Positions 20,132 to 30,824 are shown, numbered from the whole stretch's first letter. The stretch: DNA of 63,016 nucleotides, filler included, from Nitrospirota bacterium (GCA_011620345.1; 9 parts of 9 records of this genome joined end to end with filler, not necessarily neighbours in it), one strand, 5' to 3'. Made by a program: numbers and translations. Notes: generated from the letters alone by a model not told the origin.

Positions 20132-20637
20132 CTCGTCCCCCCGATCAGTGTGCGTTGCTCGTCTTGCGGCATATGAAGCTCTCTTTGAATTTCTTTGATC
20201 TTCCGGTCGTAGGTATAGTAGCGCTCGGTGATGACGAGCTTTCCTCTCTCGATTGCCGTGACGATCCCGCCAAAGGGCCCTATCGGTTCTTTTGGTCGCA
20301 CGATATAGGAATTGCCGTCCGGCGTAGCCACAATGGCCATCGGCTGGCTTGCCACGAACGTCGCCTTGAGCCTGAGCTCGCGGATTGCGAAACGCTGCAG
20401 GGGCGATGGAGGCCCTTCGGCATGTATCGGATAGAGCATTCGCTCTCTGGCCGGGATCGAGAAAAAAATGTCCGGAATGCTTTCTTTTTTCACGGATGCA
20501 AGCGCATTTTTTAGGCGTTGAAGGTCCGATGAAGGCGATTCGTCTTGCCCTAAGACGGGCGCCCAAAGGGCCGAAAGGCATACAGACAAGGCCCCTAGTA
20601 ATCCAAAAATGCCGGGCCTTCTAAAGGCCTTTCCCAC
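20128..20637 (-). CDS. pilP: Type IV pilus assembly protein PilP
   Basis: SPLQRF...L.L, AIVATPDG.SYIV, IG..GG.V..I; position in operon; GGAGG before GTG. Confidence 0.8.
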   Translation of the reverse strand: MGKAFRRPGIFGLLGALSVCLSALWAPVLGQDESPSSDLQRLKNALASVKKESIPDIFFSIPARERMLYPIHAEGPPSPLQRFAIRELRLKATFVASQPMAIVATPDGNSYIVRPKEPIGPFGGIVTAIERGKLVITERYYTYDRKIKEIQRELHMPQDEQRTLIGGTR

Positions 20638-21274
20638 GGGCACCTCCTGCAACGTCCTCTGGAGCGGTTCCCTCCGAAAGGACCCGAATGAAGCCAACTT
20701 TCCCCTTGAGCGGGATTTCCGTGTAGAGCTCCCCAGGCTTTGGCTGCGCAGATGGTTTGAGCGCAAAATTCTCCGGGATGTAAGCAAGGCCCTCTAAGGG
20801 AAGCCTCGCAAGGGTCCAGGCAAAAGAAGGGTAGCTCGTCTCGATCGAAGCGCTGAGGCGCTCGAGTGGGGCCGGGTACTCTCCTTTTCCGGCCGGCTCG
20901 ATGGAGGGCTCCTCTATAAGGACAATCCCCCCTTCCTGGAACATCTTATCTAGGGCTGTTAACGAATCGTCTTTTTTGGGGCCTTTGAGGCGGCCGAGCG
21001 TCTGTTCGAGCCTAGCTTGGAGGGCTTTGGCTTGGAACTCTATGTGCCCCCCTTCTCGAATTTCTTCGCGGACACGCACCAGCCTGGCACGCGTCGTTCG
21101 TTCCTGGATGGATAGAAGGCTATAGTCTTGCATTTTCGGGCGGATCAAGAGAACCTCGAGCGCGAGGACGATCGCTACTGCGGGAAGGACGCCGAGCGCG
21201 ACCCTTCCTATAGGTGGGAGGGCAAGGAGCAGACTATCGAGGGCTCCTTGAAAGCCTTGCCGATTATTCGCCAT
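20621..21274 (-). CDS. pilO: PilO-like pilus assembly protein (divergent)
   Basis: Single N-terminal TM plus coiled coil; lies between pilN and pilP. Confidence 0.65.
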   Translation of the reverse strand: MANNRQGFQGALDSLLLALPPIGRVALGVLPAVAIVLALEVLLIRPKMQDYSLLSIQERTTRARLVRVREEIREGGHIEFQAKALQARLEQTLGRLKGPKKDDSLTALDKMFQEGGIVLIEEPSIEPAGKGEYPAPLERLSASIETSYPSFAWTLARLPLEGLAYIPENFALKPSAQPKPGELYTEIPLKGKVGFIRVLSEGTAPEDVAGGARGKGL

Positions 21275-21824
21275 CTCGCCCCTCCTTCAGGCCGAGCTCT
21301 ACTTCCAAGGAGGTCCGAAGGAACGAGCCCCCATCGGTTTGAATGCCCTCCGGCTTGGAAAGGCTGACGCTCACGACGCAGGGGTACTTGTCGATTTTCT
21401 GCCGAAGGCTGGAAGCCGCCCCCGCGGAGGAAACGAGGACGTTTGCCCTAAGGCGGTTCTGCTCCAGCCTAAGCTCCTCAACCCACCCGTAGGGGAAAAG
21501 GTCTTTGGAGAACGAAGCCATGAAGTGCGGGACGCAGACGCGCCTTTGCTCGAGCCGATTTAGGGCCGTAAGGCGCTTCTGATCTTGCTCGATCGTCCTT
21601 CTTGCACTGCGGATGGCTCTTACCCTGGGTTCGAGTTTGGAAAGCTCTATATTGAGCGAAGCCAGGCGAGTCCTGGCTGCCCGTGATTCTCGCGTCGTGA
21701 AAAAGCCGTGCAGCCCGGCTAGGAGAAGCCCGATCATAAGCGATGCGAACAGCGCCCGTGCGGCTTCCCTTCGGGCGTCCGCGCTTAGTTTGTCTTTGAG
21801 GGGCAGCAGGTTTACTTTGATCAT
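21264..21824 (-). CDS. pilN: Type IV pilus assembly protein PilN
   Basis: MIKVNLLP motif, TM helix, coiled coil. Confidence 0.85.
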   Translation of the reverse strand: MIKVNLLPLKDKLSADARREAARALFASLMIGLLLAGLHGFFTTRESRAARTRLASLNIELSKLEPRVRAIRSARRTIEQDQKRLTALNRLEQRRVCVPHFMASFSKDLFPYGWVEELRLEQNRLRANVLVSSAGAASSLRQKIDKYPCVVSVSLSKPEGIQTDGGSFLRTSLEVELGLKEGRDGE

Positions 21825-22894
21825 GCTCGGATCCTAGCAAGGACCTCTTTGATCTCGTGCAAGCCAAGGCCAAAGGCCACGCTGAACAAAGGGGCCCTTT
21901 CCTTTAGCTCGCCCAAGTCGAACCTGTCTCTTTGGACGCCAACCCTGGCAAGCGGGTTCAGGGCTAAGATGCGGGCGGGCGTCCGTCGCTGAAAAGCCTG
22001 TCGAAAAGGCTCAAGGCATGCAAGCCCTCCAGAGAGGTAGATGGGCGTTCCTGGGTCCGTCAGCCTAACCCCTTCCCTGCCGAGGGTAAACTCGAGCGCT
22101 TCGAAAAGCTCCCCTAGGAAGGTTTCAAGCGCTCCTAGCGCTTGCTCGGTAGGCGGCCCTGGGGCTTCGAGCATGTCGGCCGCCTCGATGGGGCCGGTTC
22201 CGGTTGCAAGCTGGATCCGTTCGATGACGCCTTTGCCCCCAAGGGGGAAATCCTGGACAGTAAGCGGTCCTTCCTTGTCCGCGACAACGACCAAAGTTCG
22301 GCTGTGGCCCGTGTGTACGACAATGGCTTGCCCATCAAAGTCCGGCCCCTGACTGTGCTGGAAGGCGTTGTAGAGGGCGAGGGCATCGAGGTCCACGGTG
22401 CGCACCTTCAGGCCGGCAAGCTCGACCACGCGCACGTATTCGTCGACAAACTCTCGTTTGGCTGCCGCCGCGGAGATCTCCACCTGTGCCAGCCCGCGCT
22501 CGTTGAGCCTAAGCGCGGCGAAGTCGAGGTAGACGTCATCGAGCCTAAAAGGAAAGGCGCTCGCGAAATTCTCTTTGATATAGCTTGGGATGTTCTGCTC
22601 GGGCATGAAGGGCACCTCGAAGAGCCTAGTCATTACCTTCGATCCGGACACGGAGATGGCCGTTTCCTTGTGGCTTGGCTTGATTTCGGCAAAAAGAGAC
22701 CGGATTTCTCGTGCAACCTGCCTAGAATCAATGATGTCTTTTTCAACGATGCACTCTGGGTTTAAACGAACACAGCCGATCTTGCCAAGAAGGAGCCCTT
22801 TGCGTCCCCGCGTAAGCTCAAGGACCTTAATATAAGACGAGCCTATATCGAGCCCGACTAGGTACGGGCGAATCCTAAGGATGCTGCCGAGCAT
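21821..22894 (-). CDS. pilM: Type IV pilus assembly protein PilM
   Basis: VGLDIGSSYIKV, DVYLDF, VDLDALAL, IYLSGG, VAFGLGL. Confidence 0.92.
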   Translation of the reverse strand: MLGSILRIRPYLVGLDIGSSYIKVLELTRGRKGLLLGKIGCVRLNPECIVEKDIIDSRQVAREIRSLFAEIKPSHKETAISVSGSKVMTRLFEVPFMPEQNIPSYIKENFASAFPFRLDDVYLDFAALRLNERGLAQVEISAAAAKREFVDEYVRVVELAGLKVRTVDLDALALYNAFQHSQGPDFDGQAIVVHTGHSRTLVVVADKEGPLTVQDFPLGGKGVIERIQLATGTGPIEAADMLEAPGPPTEQALGALETFLGELFEALEFTLGREGVRLTDPGTPIYLSGGLACLEPFRQAFQRRTPARILALNPLARVGVQRDRFDLGELKERAPLFSVAFGLGLHEIKEVLARIRA

Positions 22895-22995
22895 CTGCTT
22901 ACCTTCTTTGCTGTGGGCGGCTTAAAACGTACTTCGATCATTACGCAGGCCAGACCATTTGTCAATTCATCGAACAAACAACCGCTCTGATAGCC

Positions 22996-23095
22996 NNNNN
23001 NNNNNNNNNNNNNNNNNNNNNNNNNNNNNNNNNNNNNNNTTAATTAATTAANNNNNNNNNNNNNNNNNNNNNNNNNNNNNNNNNNNNNNNNNNNN
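22996..23095. other. Artificial contig spacer
   Basis: 100 bp of N with TTAATTAATTAA. Confidence 0.99.
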
Positions 23096-23170
23096 AAGCC
23101 AAGCCTTTGGATTGTTTTGTGCGTTGGAGTCTTGCTACTTAGCCCATTCACCAAAGAAAGGTGTGAAGCC

Positions 23171-23689
23171 ATGGCAAAAGAGCGTTCCGGGGCAGTCACG
23201 TTCTTGGGGAAGCCCGTCACGTTGCTGGGGGAAGAAGTAAAAGTAGGGGAAAAGGCGCCGGATTTTACGGTCCTTGACGTTAGCCTTCAACCCTTTGTGT
23301 TCTCCAAGACCCAAGGAAGGGTTCGGGTTATTTCCTCGGTTCCATCTTTGGACACGCCCACTTGTGATGCACAAACAAGGCGGTTTAACGAGGAAGCCAG
23401 CAAATTTTCGAACGTGGAAATCCTGACGATCAGCATGGACCTTCCGTTTGCGCAGAAACGTTTTTGCCAGCAAGCAGGGATCGATCACCTCAAGACGCTT
23501 TCGGACCACCGGGATGCGAGCTTTGGGCTTGCCTACGGCGTCCTGATCAAAGAGCTCAGGCTTGACGCGAGAGCCGTGTTTATCGTAGATACCGACGACA
23601 CGGTCCGCTACGTCGAGTACGTAAAAGAGATCAGCAACCCGCCCGATTACGAGGCCGCACTTAAGGCGCTTCGAGCGCTGGTTCCGTAG
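23171..23689 (+). CDS. tpx: Thiol peroxidase Tpx
   Basis: SVPSLDTPTC..QTRRFN, ISMDLPFAQKRFC, YVEYV.EI..PPDY. Confidence 0.93.
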   Translation: MAKERSGAVTFLGKPVTLLGEEVKVGEKAPDFTVLDVSLQPFVFSKTQGRVRVISSVPSLDTPTCDAQTRRFNEEASKFSNVEILTISMDLPFAQKRFCQQAGIDHLKTLSDHRDASFGLAYGVLIKELRLDARAVFIVDTDDTVRYVEYVKEISNPPDYEAALKALRALVP

Positions 23690-23736
23690 AGAGCCAAAAG
23701 GTTTCAAAAGAAACGGAAGGGCAGGAGCTTGAGCCC

Positions 23737-23982
23737 GTGAGGATCACCATCAAGGCCATGGGCCAGGTTGCAGAGGTTTTAGGGGAGCGAGAGTTCGAGC
23801 TCGAGCTAAAAAGAGGGAACGCGATGTCTTCGGTTCGCGACGCCCTCTGCCGGGAGCACCCCGAACTCACCCCCCTTTGGCCGTCCTTGGCCGTAGCGGT
23901 GAACGGAGAGTTCATCGACGGAGGCTGCCCGCTCAAGGGCGGGGATGAAGTCTTGCTCTTGCCCCCGATCAGCGGCGGCTAA
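23737..23982 (+). CDS. moaD: MoaD/ThiS-family sulfur carrier
   Basis: 81 aa, VAVNGEF, C-terminal LLPPISGG. Confidence 0.85.
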   Translation: MRITIKAMGQVAEVLGEREFELELKRGNAMSSVRDALCREHPELTPLWPSLAVAVNGEFIDGGCPLKGGDEVLLLPPISGG

Positions 23983-24728
23983 GCCCTTCGCTTAAGGGAC
24001 GCCTTGAGGAACGCCCTGTTGAGGCGGGCGATCGTTTCCACTTGGATGCCTTTGGGGCAGACTGCCTGACACTCGAAGTGGTTGGAGCACGCCCCAAACC
24101 CCTCTTCTTGCATGACCTCTGTCATGGAAAGCGCCCTCTTAGGCTCTTCCGGCATTCCTTGGGGGAGGGTGCCCAAATGTGCGATCTTGGCCGCGACAAA
24201 GAGCATCGCCGAAGAGTTCGGACAAGCGGCCACGCAGGCCCCGCAGCCGATGCAGGCCGCCGCGTCCATTGCATACTCTTGGTCGTCTTTTGGCACGAGA
24301 ATGGCGTTGGCGTCCGCGTGCGTTCCGGTATAGGCAGAGGTGTACCCCCCCGCTTGGATCACCTTGTCGAGCCCGGCGCGTTCGACAAGGAGGTCTTTTT
24401 GAACCGGGAAGGCCGCCGCCCTGAATGGCTCGATCGTGATGGTTTCTCCGTCTTGAAAGTGCCGCATCCGGATTTCGCAGGTGGTCGTCTTTGGTTGCGG
24501 GCCGTGAGCCGAGCCGTTCACGACCATCCCGCAAGTGCCGCAAATTCCCTCCCTGCAGTCGCTCTCGAAAACGATCGGCGGGGTGCCCTTTTTAATCAGC
24601 TCCTCGTTTAGCTTGTCGAGCATCTCCAGAAGGGACATCTCCGGGATGACGTCGTCCACGTCGTAATCAAAAAACCTGCCGGGCGCCTCTGGCCCTTCTT
24701 GCCGCCAGACTTTCAAATGAAACCGCAT
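23979..24728 (-). CDS. sdhB: Succinate dehydrogenase/fumarate reductase Fe-S subunit
   Basis: DCREGICGTC, CIGCGACVAACP, CSNHFECQAVCP. Confidence 0.95.
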   Translation of the reverse strand: MRFHLKVWRQEGPEAPGRFFDYDVDDVIPEMSLLEMLDKLNEELIKKGTPPIVFESDCREGICGTCGMVVNGSAHGPQPKTTTCEIRMRHFQDGETITIEPFRAAAFPVQKDLLVERAGLDKVIQAGGYTSAYTGTHADANAILVPKDDQEYAMDAAACIGCGACVAACPNSSAMLFVAAKIAHLGTLPQGMPEEPKRALSMTEVMQEEGFGACSNHFECQAVCPKGIQVETIARLNRAFLKASLKRRA

Positions 24729-24740
24729 GTAATGATGCTC

Positions 24741-26654
24741 CTATTTATAGCTTCGTACCGTTGGCTGGACGACCTCGAACGTAAGGGGCTCTTTGTGCAT
24801 CTCTGGTTTTTCGCCTTCGCCTTTGTATTCCCATGCGGCTACGTAGGTGTATTCCGCATCGTTCCTCAGGGCCTCCCCGTCGGGGGTTTGGTGTTCTACC
24901 CTAAAGTGGGCGCCGCATGATTCCCGGCGTTCTCGGGCGTCTAAGGTGAGAACCTCGGCGAAATCGAGCGCCTCTGAAAGCCTCCAGGCCCTTTCGAGCT
25001 GCTGGTTCAAGTCTTTTTCGGACCCTGTCAGCTTCAAGTCGCTCCAAAACGCCTCCCTGATTCGCGGGATTTCCTCGAGCGCCTTGGTCAAGCTTTCCTC
25101 GCTCCTGGCCATCCCGACGTTTTCCCACAGAAGACGACCCAGCTCTATCCTGAAATCGAGCACGGTCCGAGAGCCCTTAATCGAAATGAGGCGATTGATT
25201 CGAGCTTCGTCTTCCTCTTTTACCTTCTGAAACTCTAGGTTGTCGGGCTTGACTTTCCCGGGCTGAGTCGTAGCCAAGTAATCGCCGATGGTATAGGGCA
25301 ATACGAAGTACCCGTCCGCAAGGCCCTGCATGAGCGCGCTCGCCCCGAGCCTGTTGGCCCCGTGGTCGGAGAAGTTGGCCTCCCCGATGACGAACAGCCC
25401 CGGGATGTTGCTCATCAGGTTGTAGTCCACCCAAAGCCCGCCCATCGCGTAGTGGGAGGCGGGGTATATCTTCATCGGCTGGGCGTACGGGTCTTCGCCC
25501 GAGATGTGGTCGTAGAGCTCAAAGAGGTTTCCGTAGCGCTCCTCGATCACCTTACGGCCATGACGCTGGATCGCATCCCGAAAGTCGAGATAAACGGCAT
25601 AACCGGATGGTCCGACGCCTCTGCCGTCGTCGCAAGCCTCTTTGGCCGCCCTGGAGGAAATGTCACGCGGGGCCAGGTTGCCGTAGCTAGGGTACTTGCG
25701 CTCCAGGTAATAATCCCTGTCTGATTCCGGGATCTCGTTTGGGGGGCGTTTATCGCCTTTCTTTTTGGGGACCCATACCCTGCCGTCGTTTCTCAAGGAC
25801 TCCGACATCAAAATCAGCTTCGACTGGAACCATCCCGCAAACGGGATGCATGTGGGATGAATCTGGGTATAGCACGGGTTGGCCATCAACGCGCCCTTCT
25901 TGTAGCAGCGCATGATCGCCCCGACGTTCGAGCCTACGGCGTTGGTGGAGAGGTTGAAGACGCTGGCGTAGCCGCCCGTGGCTATCACGACCGCGTCGGC
26001 CGCGTATGCCTCGTACTCGCCCGTCGTGAGGTCGCGCACCAAGATTCCCTTCGCCTCGCCGTCTACAAGCACCAAATCGAGCATCTCTTTTTTGGGGAAG
26101 ACCTTCAGCCTTCCTTCGGAGGCCTGACGCATCATCGCCTGGTAGCAGCCAAGCAGCAGCTGCTGGCCCGTTTGTCCTCTGCAAAACAGGGTTCTGGAGA
26201 CGAGCGCGCCTCCGAACGAGCGGGTCGAAAGCTCGCCCGAGTATTCCCTTTGGAACGGGACGCCCTGGGCAACGCACTGATCTATGATGTTTCCGGATAG
26301 CTCTGCCAGCCTGTACACGTTGGATTCGCGCGAGCGGAAATCTCCCCCCTTGACCGTCTCGTAGAAGAGCCGGTAGACGCTGTCTCCGTCGCCGACGTAG
26401 TTCTTGGCCGCGTTGATCCCGCCTTGGGCCGCAATCGAGTGCGCCCTCCTGGCAGAGTCTTGATAGCAGAACGCGAGCACGTTATAGCCTAGTTGGGCGA
26501 GCGTTGCCGAAGCCGACCCCCCGCCAAGCCCCGTGCCGACGACTATGACCGTGTAACGGCGCTTGTTGGCGGGGCTGATGAGTCGCAAATGATCCCTATG
26601 TCTGGCCCACCTTGTTTCGATCGGGCCTGAAGGGACTTTTCCGTCGAGCGTCAC
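24741..26654 (-). CDS. sdhA: Succinate dehydrogenase/fumarate reductase flavoprotein
   Basis: [46 protein letters not shown]. Confidence 0.96.
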   Translation of the reverse strand: MTLDGKVPSGPIETRWARHRDHLRLISPANKRRYTVIVVGTGLGGGSASATLAQLGYNVLAFCYQDSARRAHSIAAQGGINAAKNYVGDGDSVYRLFYETVKGGDFRSRESNVYRLAELSGNIIDQCVAQGVPFQREYSGELSTRSFGGALVSRTLFCRGQTGQQLLLGCYQAMMRQASEGRLKVFPKKEMLDLVLVDGEAKGILVRDLTTGEYEAYAADAVVIATGGYASVFNLSTNAVGSNVGAIMRCYKKGALMANPCYTQIHPTCIPFAGWFQSKLILMSESLRNDGRVWVPKKKGDKRPPNEIPESDRDYYLERKYPSYGNLAPRDISSRAAKEACDDGRGVGPSGYAVYLDFRDAIQRHGRKVIEERYGNLFELYDHISGEDPYAQPMKIYPASHYAMGGLWVDYNLMSNIPGLFVIGEANFSDHGANRLGASALMQGLADGYFVLPYTIGDYLATTQPGKVKPDNLEFQKVKEEDEARINRLISIKGSRTVLDFRIELGRLLWENVGMARSEESLTKALEEIPRIREAFWSDLKLTGSEKDLNQQLERAWRLSEALDFAEVLTLDARERRESCGAHFRVEHQTPDGEALRNDAEYTYVAAWEYKGEGEKPEMHKEPLTFEVVQPTVRSYK

Positions 26655-26666
26655 TTGGAAATCCTC

Positions 26667-27350
26667 CTAGAGGTTGATCCAGCCGGTCAAAACTGCCACG
26701 GGTACGAGGGCGAATCCGGCGGCCAACAAGGTCGCCAGCACTTGACCGGCCCGTTTGAGTACAGGGAGCGAAGCCTTTCCCGGAAGGCCGAGTGTTTGTA
26801 GAGAGCTAAAAACGCCGTGAAAGGTGTGCAGGCATACGATTGCCATGGCCAAGAGGTACGTCCCGGCTATGCCGGGCCGTTGAAAGCTCAATGCAATAGA
26901 CCTGAACAAATCGGGCCTTCCTTCGGCATCCGGGGGAAAGGCAGACACGCTGAGGCTTGTATGCACCGAATGGAGCGTGAAGTGCAGCAAGTGGTAAATC
27001 AGATAAGCAAGGATAAGCAGCCCGGTGTAGAACATCGTCCTTGAAGAAAGACCTGCCTCTTTGTAGGTAACGAACGTTCCTTTAGTCGGCGCGGCCTTCG
27101 TGTTTTCGAGAAACAAAAGCGTACCCAGGGCGATATGAAGACCAAGACATGCAAGCAGTACCACCCGGGCAGCCCACAGAAGCGGCGCAAACATGGCCGA
27201 ATGGATGTGTTCGGCATAGGCGTTGATCCAGCCCGGGCCGCCTAACACGGTGGTGTTGCCCAACAGGTGGGCTACAAGAAACAAAAAAAGGATAACCCCC
27301 GTAAGGGCCATGAGCATTTTTTTGCCTATCGGGTTCGAAAGGAAGGCCAT
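26667..27350 (-). CDS. sdhC: Succinate dehydrogenase cytochrome b subunit
   Basis: IGKKMLMALTG, HLLGN, HLLHF, HTFHG...SLQTLG; about 5 TM helices. Confidence 0.9.
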   Translation of the reverse strand: MAFLSNPIGKKMLMALTGVILFLFLVAHLLGNTTVLGGPGWINAYAEHIHSAMFAPLLWAARVVLLACLGLHIALGTLLFLENTKAAPTKGTFVTYKEAGLSSRTMFYTGLLILAYLIYHLLHFTLHSVHTSLSVSAFPPDAEGRPDLFRSIALSFQRPGIAGTYLLAMAIVCLHTFHGVFSSLQTLGLPGKASLPVLKRAGQVLATLLAAGFALVPVAVLTGWINL

Positions 27351-27421
27351 GCGCGCTTCTCCAAGGCTATGTTGCTTGCCGTACGAATCAAAAATAAACC
27401 CCCGCCGGGGGAAGTTGCCAT

Positions 27422-27450
27422 AGTATATACGTATACTTTCAAGAATGCAA
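27422..27450 (-). promoter_or_regulatory. Putative sigma70 promoter of sdhCAB
   Basis: TTGCAT-N17-TATACT on the minus strand. Confidence 0.5.
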
Positions 27451-27545
27451 ATGGCGGGCGTGGTTTTAGAGGTTGGGCGTAAGGCGTTACAATGAAGCAG
27501 GAAGGCCAGGAAAAAAGTTCTGCGAGAGCGAGAGGTAGATAGATA

Positions 27546-28784
27546 GTGAAAGCGATCGTTTTGCACGTAGAGGATATTGCGCTCAAGAAGGGGAACCGGC
27601 CGTATTTTTTTCGGCAGCTCATGGCTTCCATCCGGCCAAGGCTTTCGGACATCGGGGACTTTCGCGTTTTCGTGAAAGACAACCGAGTGTTCGTAGTTAC
27701 CGACGACGAACGCTCGCTCGAGCGCGCCTTTCGTCTTGCGCCGTGTTTTATGGGGGTTGCGCTAGCAAGGAAGTCTACGGCGGTGCAGCCCGACATCGGG
27801 GCCATCGCTGGGGCGGCTCTTGCGCTTGCGGAGCGAGCGGCCTTTGCCTCTTTTAAGGTAGAAACGCGCCGTTCGAGCAAGAAGCACCCGTTCACGAGCC
27901 CGGAAGTGAACCAAGCGGTAGGGGCGGCCATCCAGGCCAAAACCTCCGCACGGGTCGATTTGACCAAACCGGAACAGACTTTTTGGGTGGACGTGCTCCA
28001 AGACGAGGCGCTTGTCGCCTCGGAACAGCTCAAGGGGTTTGGAGGGCTTCCCGTGGGAAGCTCCGGCAGGGCGCTATGCCTGTTTTCAGGCGGAATAGAT
28101 TCTCCCGTAGCGGCGTTTTTAGCGATGCAGCGCGGCCTTAAGGTTGACCTCGTTCATTTTAGCGCCTTCCCCTATGTTCGGTTCGTGAACGAAGAAAAGC
28201 AACGCTTGCTCGCAGAAAGGATTGCGTTGTTCCAAGGGGCGACCCACGTCTACCGTGTCGGTATCGGAGAGGTGCAGCAAAGGCTTGCCGCCCACGTCCC
28301 CAAGAGGCTGCTCGTTGTGTTTACCAGGCGTACGATGTTGCGCATTGCGGCAACGCTGGCTCAGCGCTTTGGGTACGGGGCGCTGCTTACGGGCGAGAGC
28401 TTGGGTCAGGTGGCATCCCAGACGCTCGAAAACCTGAAGGTGATCGATCAGGCCAGCCCCATGCTGACGCTTCGTCCGCTGATCGGCCTAGGCAAGCAGG
28501 CCATCGTCGGCATCGCAAGGCAGATCGGGACGTTTTCCGTCTCTATTCAGGCAGACGAAGATTGTTGCCAGCTTTTTTTGCCCCGCCACCCGGAAACGCG
28601 TGCCGGCTTGGAAGAGGTTCTTGCCGTTGAATCCGGCCTGCCCGTACGCGCTTGGGAGGCAGAAGCGCTGGAAGCCCTCGAGTCTTACGACGTCTTCCCC
28701 GCGCTTCAAGGGGCGTCCCTCGAGGGTAGCGACGGCACCCCTATAAATGAAGATCGGCCGCTTGTTTACGGGAGCGTGTCGTAG
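27546..28784 (+). CDS. thiI: tRNA 4-thiouridine synthase ThiI (no rhodanese domain)
   Basis: IALKKGNR, THUMP region, SGGIDSPVA, GESLGQVASQT, EDCC. Confidence 0.92.
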   Translation: MKAIVLHVEDIALKKGNRPYFFRQLMASIRPRLSDIGDFRVFVKDNRVFVVTDDERSLERAFRLAPCFMGVALARKSTAVQPDIGAIAGAALALAERAAFASFKVETRRSSKKHPFTSPEVNQAVGAAIQAKTSARVDLTKPEQTFWVDVLQDEALVASEQLKGFGGLPVGSSGRALCLFSGGIDSPVAAFLAMQRGLKVDLVHFSAFPYVRFVNEEKQRLLAERIALFQGATHVYRVGIGEVQQRLAAHVPKRLLVVFTRRTMLRIAATLAQRFGYGALLTGESLGQVASQTLENLKVIDQASPMLTLRPLIGLGKQAIVGIARQIGTFSVSIQADEDCCQLFLPRHPETRAGLEEVLAVESGLPVRAWEAEALEALESYDVFPALQGASLEGSDGTPINEDRPLVYGSVS

Positions 28785-29821
28785 CGCTTCACTCCATCTA
28801 TCTTCAAAACAAAATCCTCCCCAAACGCCAGCGCCGGAGTAAGCGCCCCCACCGGCTTCAGGCGGAAGAGTTCCTCTAAGCTTGCCAAGCAAGAAAGCGC
28901 CGTGAATCGGTAGGTTTCCGGCGTTTCGAGCCAAGCCTCTAAGGCTTTCCCATCGCCTCGCTCGATCTTTGCGTAGACATAGCCGTGCCCCGTTTGCATC
29001 GTCTTTTCATTGGGGCCTTCCGGAAGAAGGCGCAAGGCCGACATCAGGCCTTTTTGAAGAAGGCCTGATTTTGCCGCCTTTTGGGATAGCCTGATTCCTG
29101 GGCCGCCCAGCCCCATCAGGGAACCTGGAAGGGCCATGTAGGTCGTGATGTTGGGAATGCCGGTCGTTCGCCATGCCGTTTCCAAGTCTCCCCAGGGAAT
29201 GGGGTAGGCATCGAGCGTTTTGAGGGGAAAGCGGATTCGCTCCTTGCCTTCTCCTAGCGGGAACGCTTCGAGCTGGCCGTTCTTTCGTACCCATCCGCCT
29301 TGGGGGAGGAACCCGAGCATCGTTTTGAGCGTACCCCTGCTTGGCCTGAGTAACCCGGCGACAGCGAGCTTCAAGCGGGAAGCGCCCGGCAGGCGTTGGT
29401 GGACGTGAGCGGCAAGGCAATCTGTAGGTACGACATCGAACCCTACGCCCGGAATGAGCGCCACGCCCCGCTCCCTTGCCTCTCCATCGAACTGGAAGGC
29501 CTTCTGAAAAACCGGGATCTCGCCCGTAATGTCGAGGTAGTGAACCCTTTTCTCGAGGCAGGCCTCGATCAGCGGCCCTGCTGTTTGGACAAACGGCCCT
29601 GCCGTGTTCAACACGGCTTGGATGCCCTCGAGCGCGGTATCCAAGGCCTTTGGGTCGTCAAGCGCCGCGACGCGAAAGGGCAACCCGAGCCTTTCGGCAA
29701 GGGAGCGAAGCTTTTTAGGGTCTCGTCCGGCAAGGATAGGCTTGAGCCCGCGTTTGGCGGCTTCTTCGGCCACCAGCCGCCCCGTAAACCCGTACGCCCC
29801 GTATAACAGCCATGAATCCAT
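28766..29821 (-). CDS. Saccharopine dehydrogenase-like NAD(P)-binding oxidoreductase
   Basis: YGAYGFTG, AGPF, HYLDITGE, GFDVVPTD, SRGT. Confidence 0.88.
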   Translation of the reverse strand: MDSWLLYGAYGFTGRLVAEEAAKRGLKPILAGRDPKKLRSLAERLGLPFRVAALDDPKALDTALEGIQAVLNTAGPFVQTAGPLIEACLEKRVHYLDITGEIPVFQKAFQFDGEARERGVALIPGVGFDVVPTDCLAAHVHQRLPGASRLKLAVAGLLRPSRGTLKTMLGFLPQGGWVRKNGQLEAFPLGEGKERIRFPLKTLDAYPIPWGDLETAWRTTGIPNITTYMALPGSLMGLGGPGIRLSQKAAKSGLLQKGLMSALRLLPEGPNEKTMQTGHGYVYAKIERGDGKALEAWLETPETYRFTALSCLASLEELFRLKPVGALTPALAFGEDFVLKIDGVKRYDTLP

Positions 29822-29924
29822 AGCCGCCTCCCCCTCTCGTTTTTCAGCAAAGCGCCTCTGGCTCGATGGTCGCGAGCGTCAAGAATAGCACGGATCCTGG
29901 CTTGCGGGGCGCAAGGCCAAAGGG

Positions 29925-30254
29925 CTAGACGCCAAAGCTCGACCCGCAGCCGCAGCTTTTCTTCGCGTTAGGGTTGTTGAACACGAACCCGGATTCGATC
30001 AGGCCCGAGACATAATCGAGCCTAAGCCCGTCCAGCAGGGGTGCGCTCGTGGGGTCGACAAAGACCTTGACGCCATCGCTTTCAAGCTCGAGGTCGTTCG
30101 AGTCGGGGACATGGACGAGATTCATGCTGTACTTGTAGCCGGAGCAGCCGCCTGCATCTACTCCGATACGGATACCGGCAAAACGCTCTTTGCCCTCCGG
30201 CTGAAGAAGGCTGACAACCTGCTTTTTGGCCTCTTGGGAAATCTGGATGTTCAC
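29925..30254 (-). CDS. iscA: A-type Fe-S carrier (IscA/HesB family)
   Basis: GGCSGY, F.NPNA..SCGCGSSF. Confidence 0.92.
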   Translation of the reverse strand: MNIQISQEAKKQVVSLLQPEGKERFAGIRIGVDAGGCSGYKYSMNLVHVPDSNDLELESDGVKVFVDPTSAPLLDGLRLDYVSGLIESGFVFNNPNAKKSCGCGSSFGV

Positions 30255-30316
30255 CTTTTGCCCCCTTTTAAGGTATAAGATTAATTAGGCCGATTATATC
30301 ACTATGAGCCCTTTTT

Positions 30317-30416
30317 NNNNNNNNNNNNNNNNNNNNNNNNNNNNNNNNNNNNNNNNNNNNTTAATTAATTAANNNNNNNNNNNNNNNNNNNNNNNNNNNN
30401 NNNNNNNNNNNNNNNN
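30317..30416. other. Artificial contig spacer
   Basis: 100 bp of N with TTAATTAATTAA. Confidence 0.99.
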
Positions 30417-30458
30417 CATCCGGACGAACTATCGTCAAAAGGCCCATCGCCCCGGGAG

Positions 30459-30824
30459 TCACGAGGGGGTCGTTTTGCAAAGCGAGCGTGCTAGGGGGGC
30501 TGAACGTGTCCGTTTTCTGGTCAAGTAGGCGCCCAGCACCATTTCGACCTGGGCGTTGCGAAAGCGAAAATCCGGCATGAAAGTAACAGGAGTCTCCAGG
30601 CTTTCATGGAGCGCTTGAAACGCTTGGTGCGCGATCTTTTTGTTACGGGTGCGCTCGTTCCCCCCATGGCACTTCGTGCAGGCTAAATCGTGGCTTGAAG
30701 AGGTGGGTTCAATGCCCTTATGGCAGGAAAGGCAGCCTTGCTTTTGGATAGAGCCAACACCAAAGGCAAGCCCAAGCACAAGGGCAATGCCCCCTAAAAC
30801 GGTCAGCCGATGCCAGCCTGCCAT
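30459..30824 (-). pseudogene. Short c-type cytochrome ORF, probably an internally deleted multiheme cytochrome
   Basis: Signal/TM, CLSCH and CTKCH, then an abrupt jump to a TFMPDFRF class-I-like tail. Confidence 0.5.

Noticed and set aside
20132-20581. 771-aa PilQ ORF with a long N-terminal extension
   Set aside because: The extension overlaps pilP in another frame; the signal peptide starts at 20131.
17103-22894. aroC directly behind pilMNOPQ
   Set aside because: Linkage of pilQ with aro genes is a well-known conserved arrangement.
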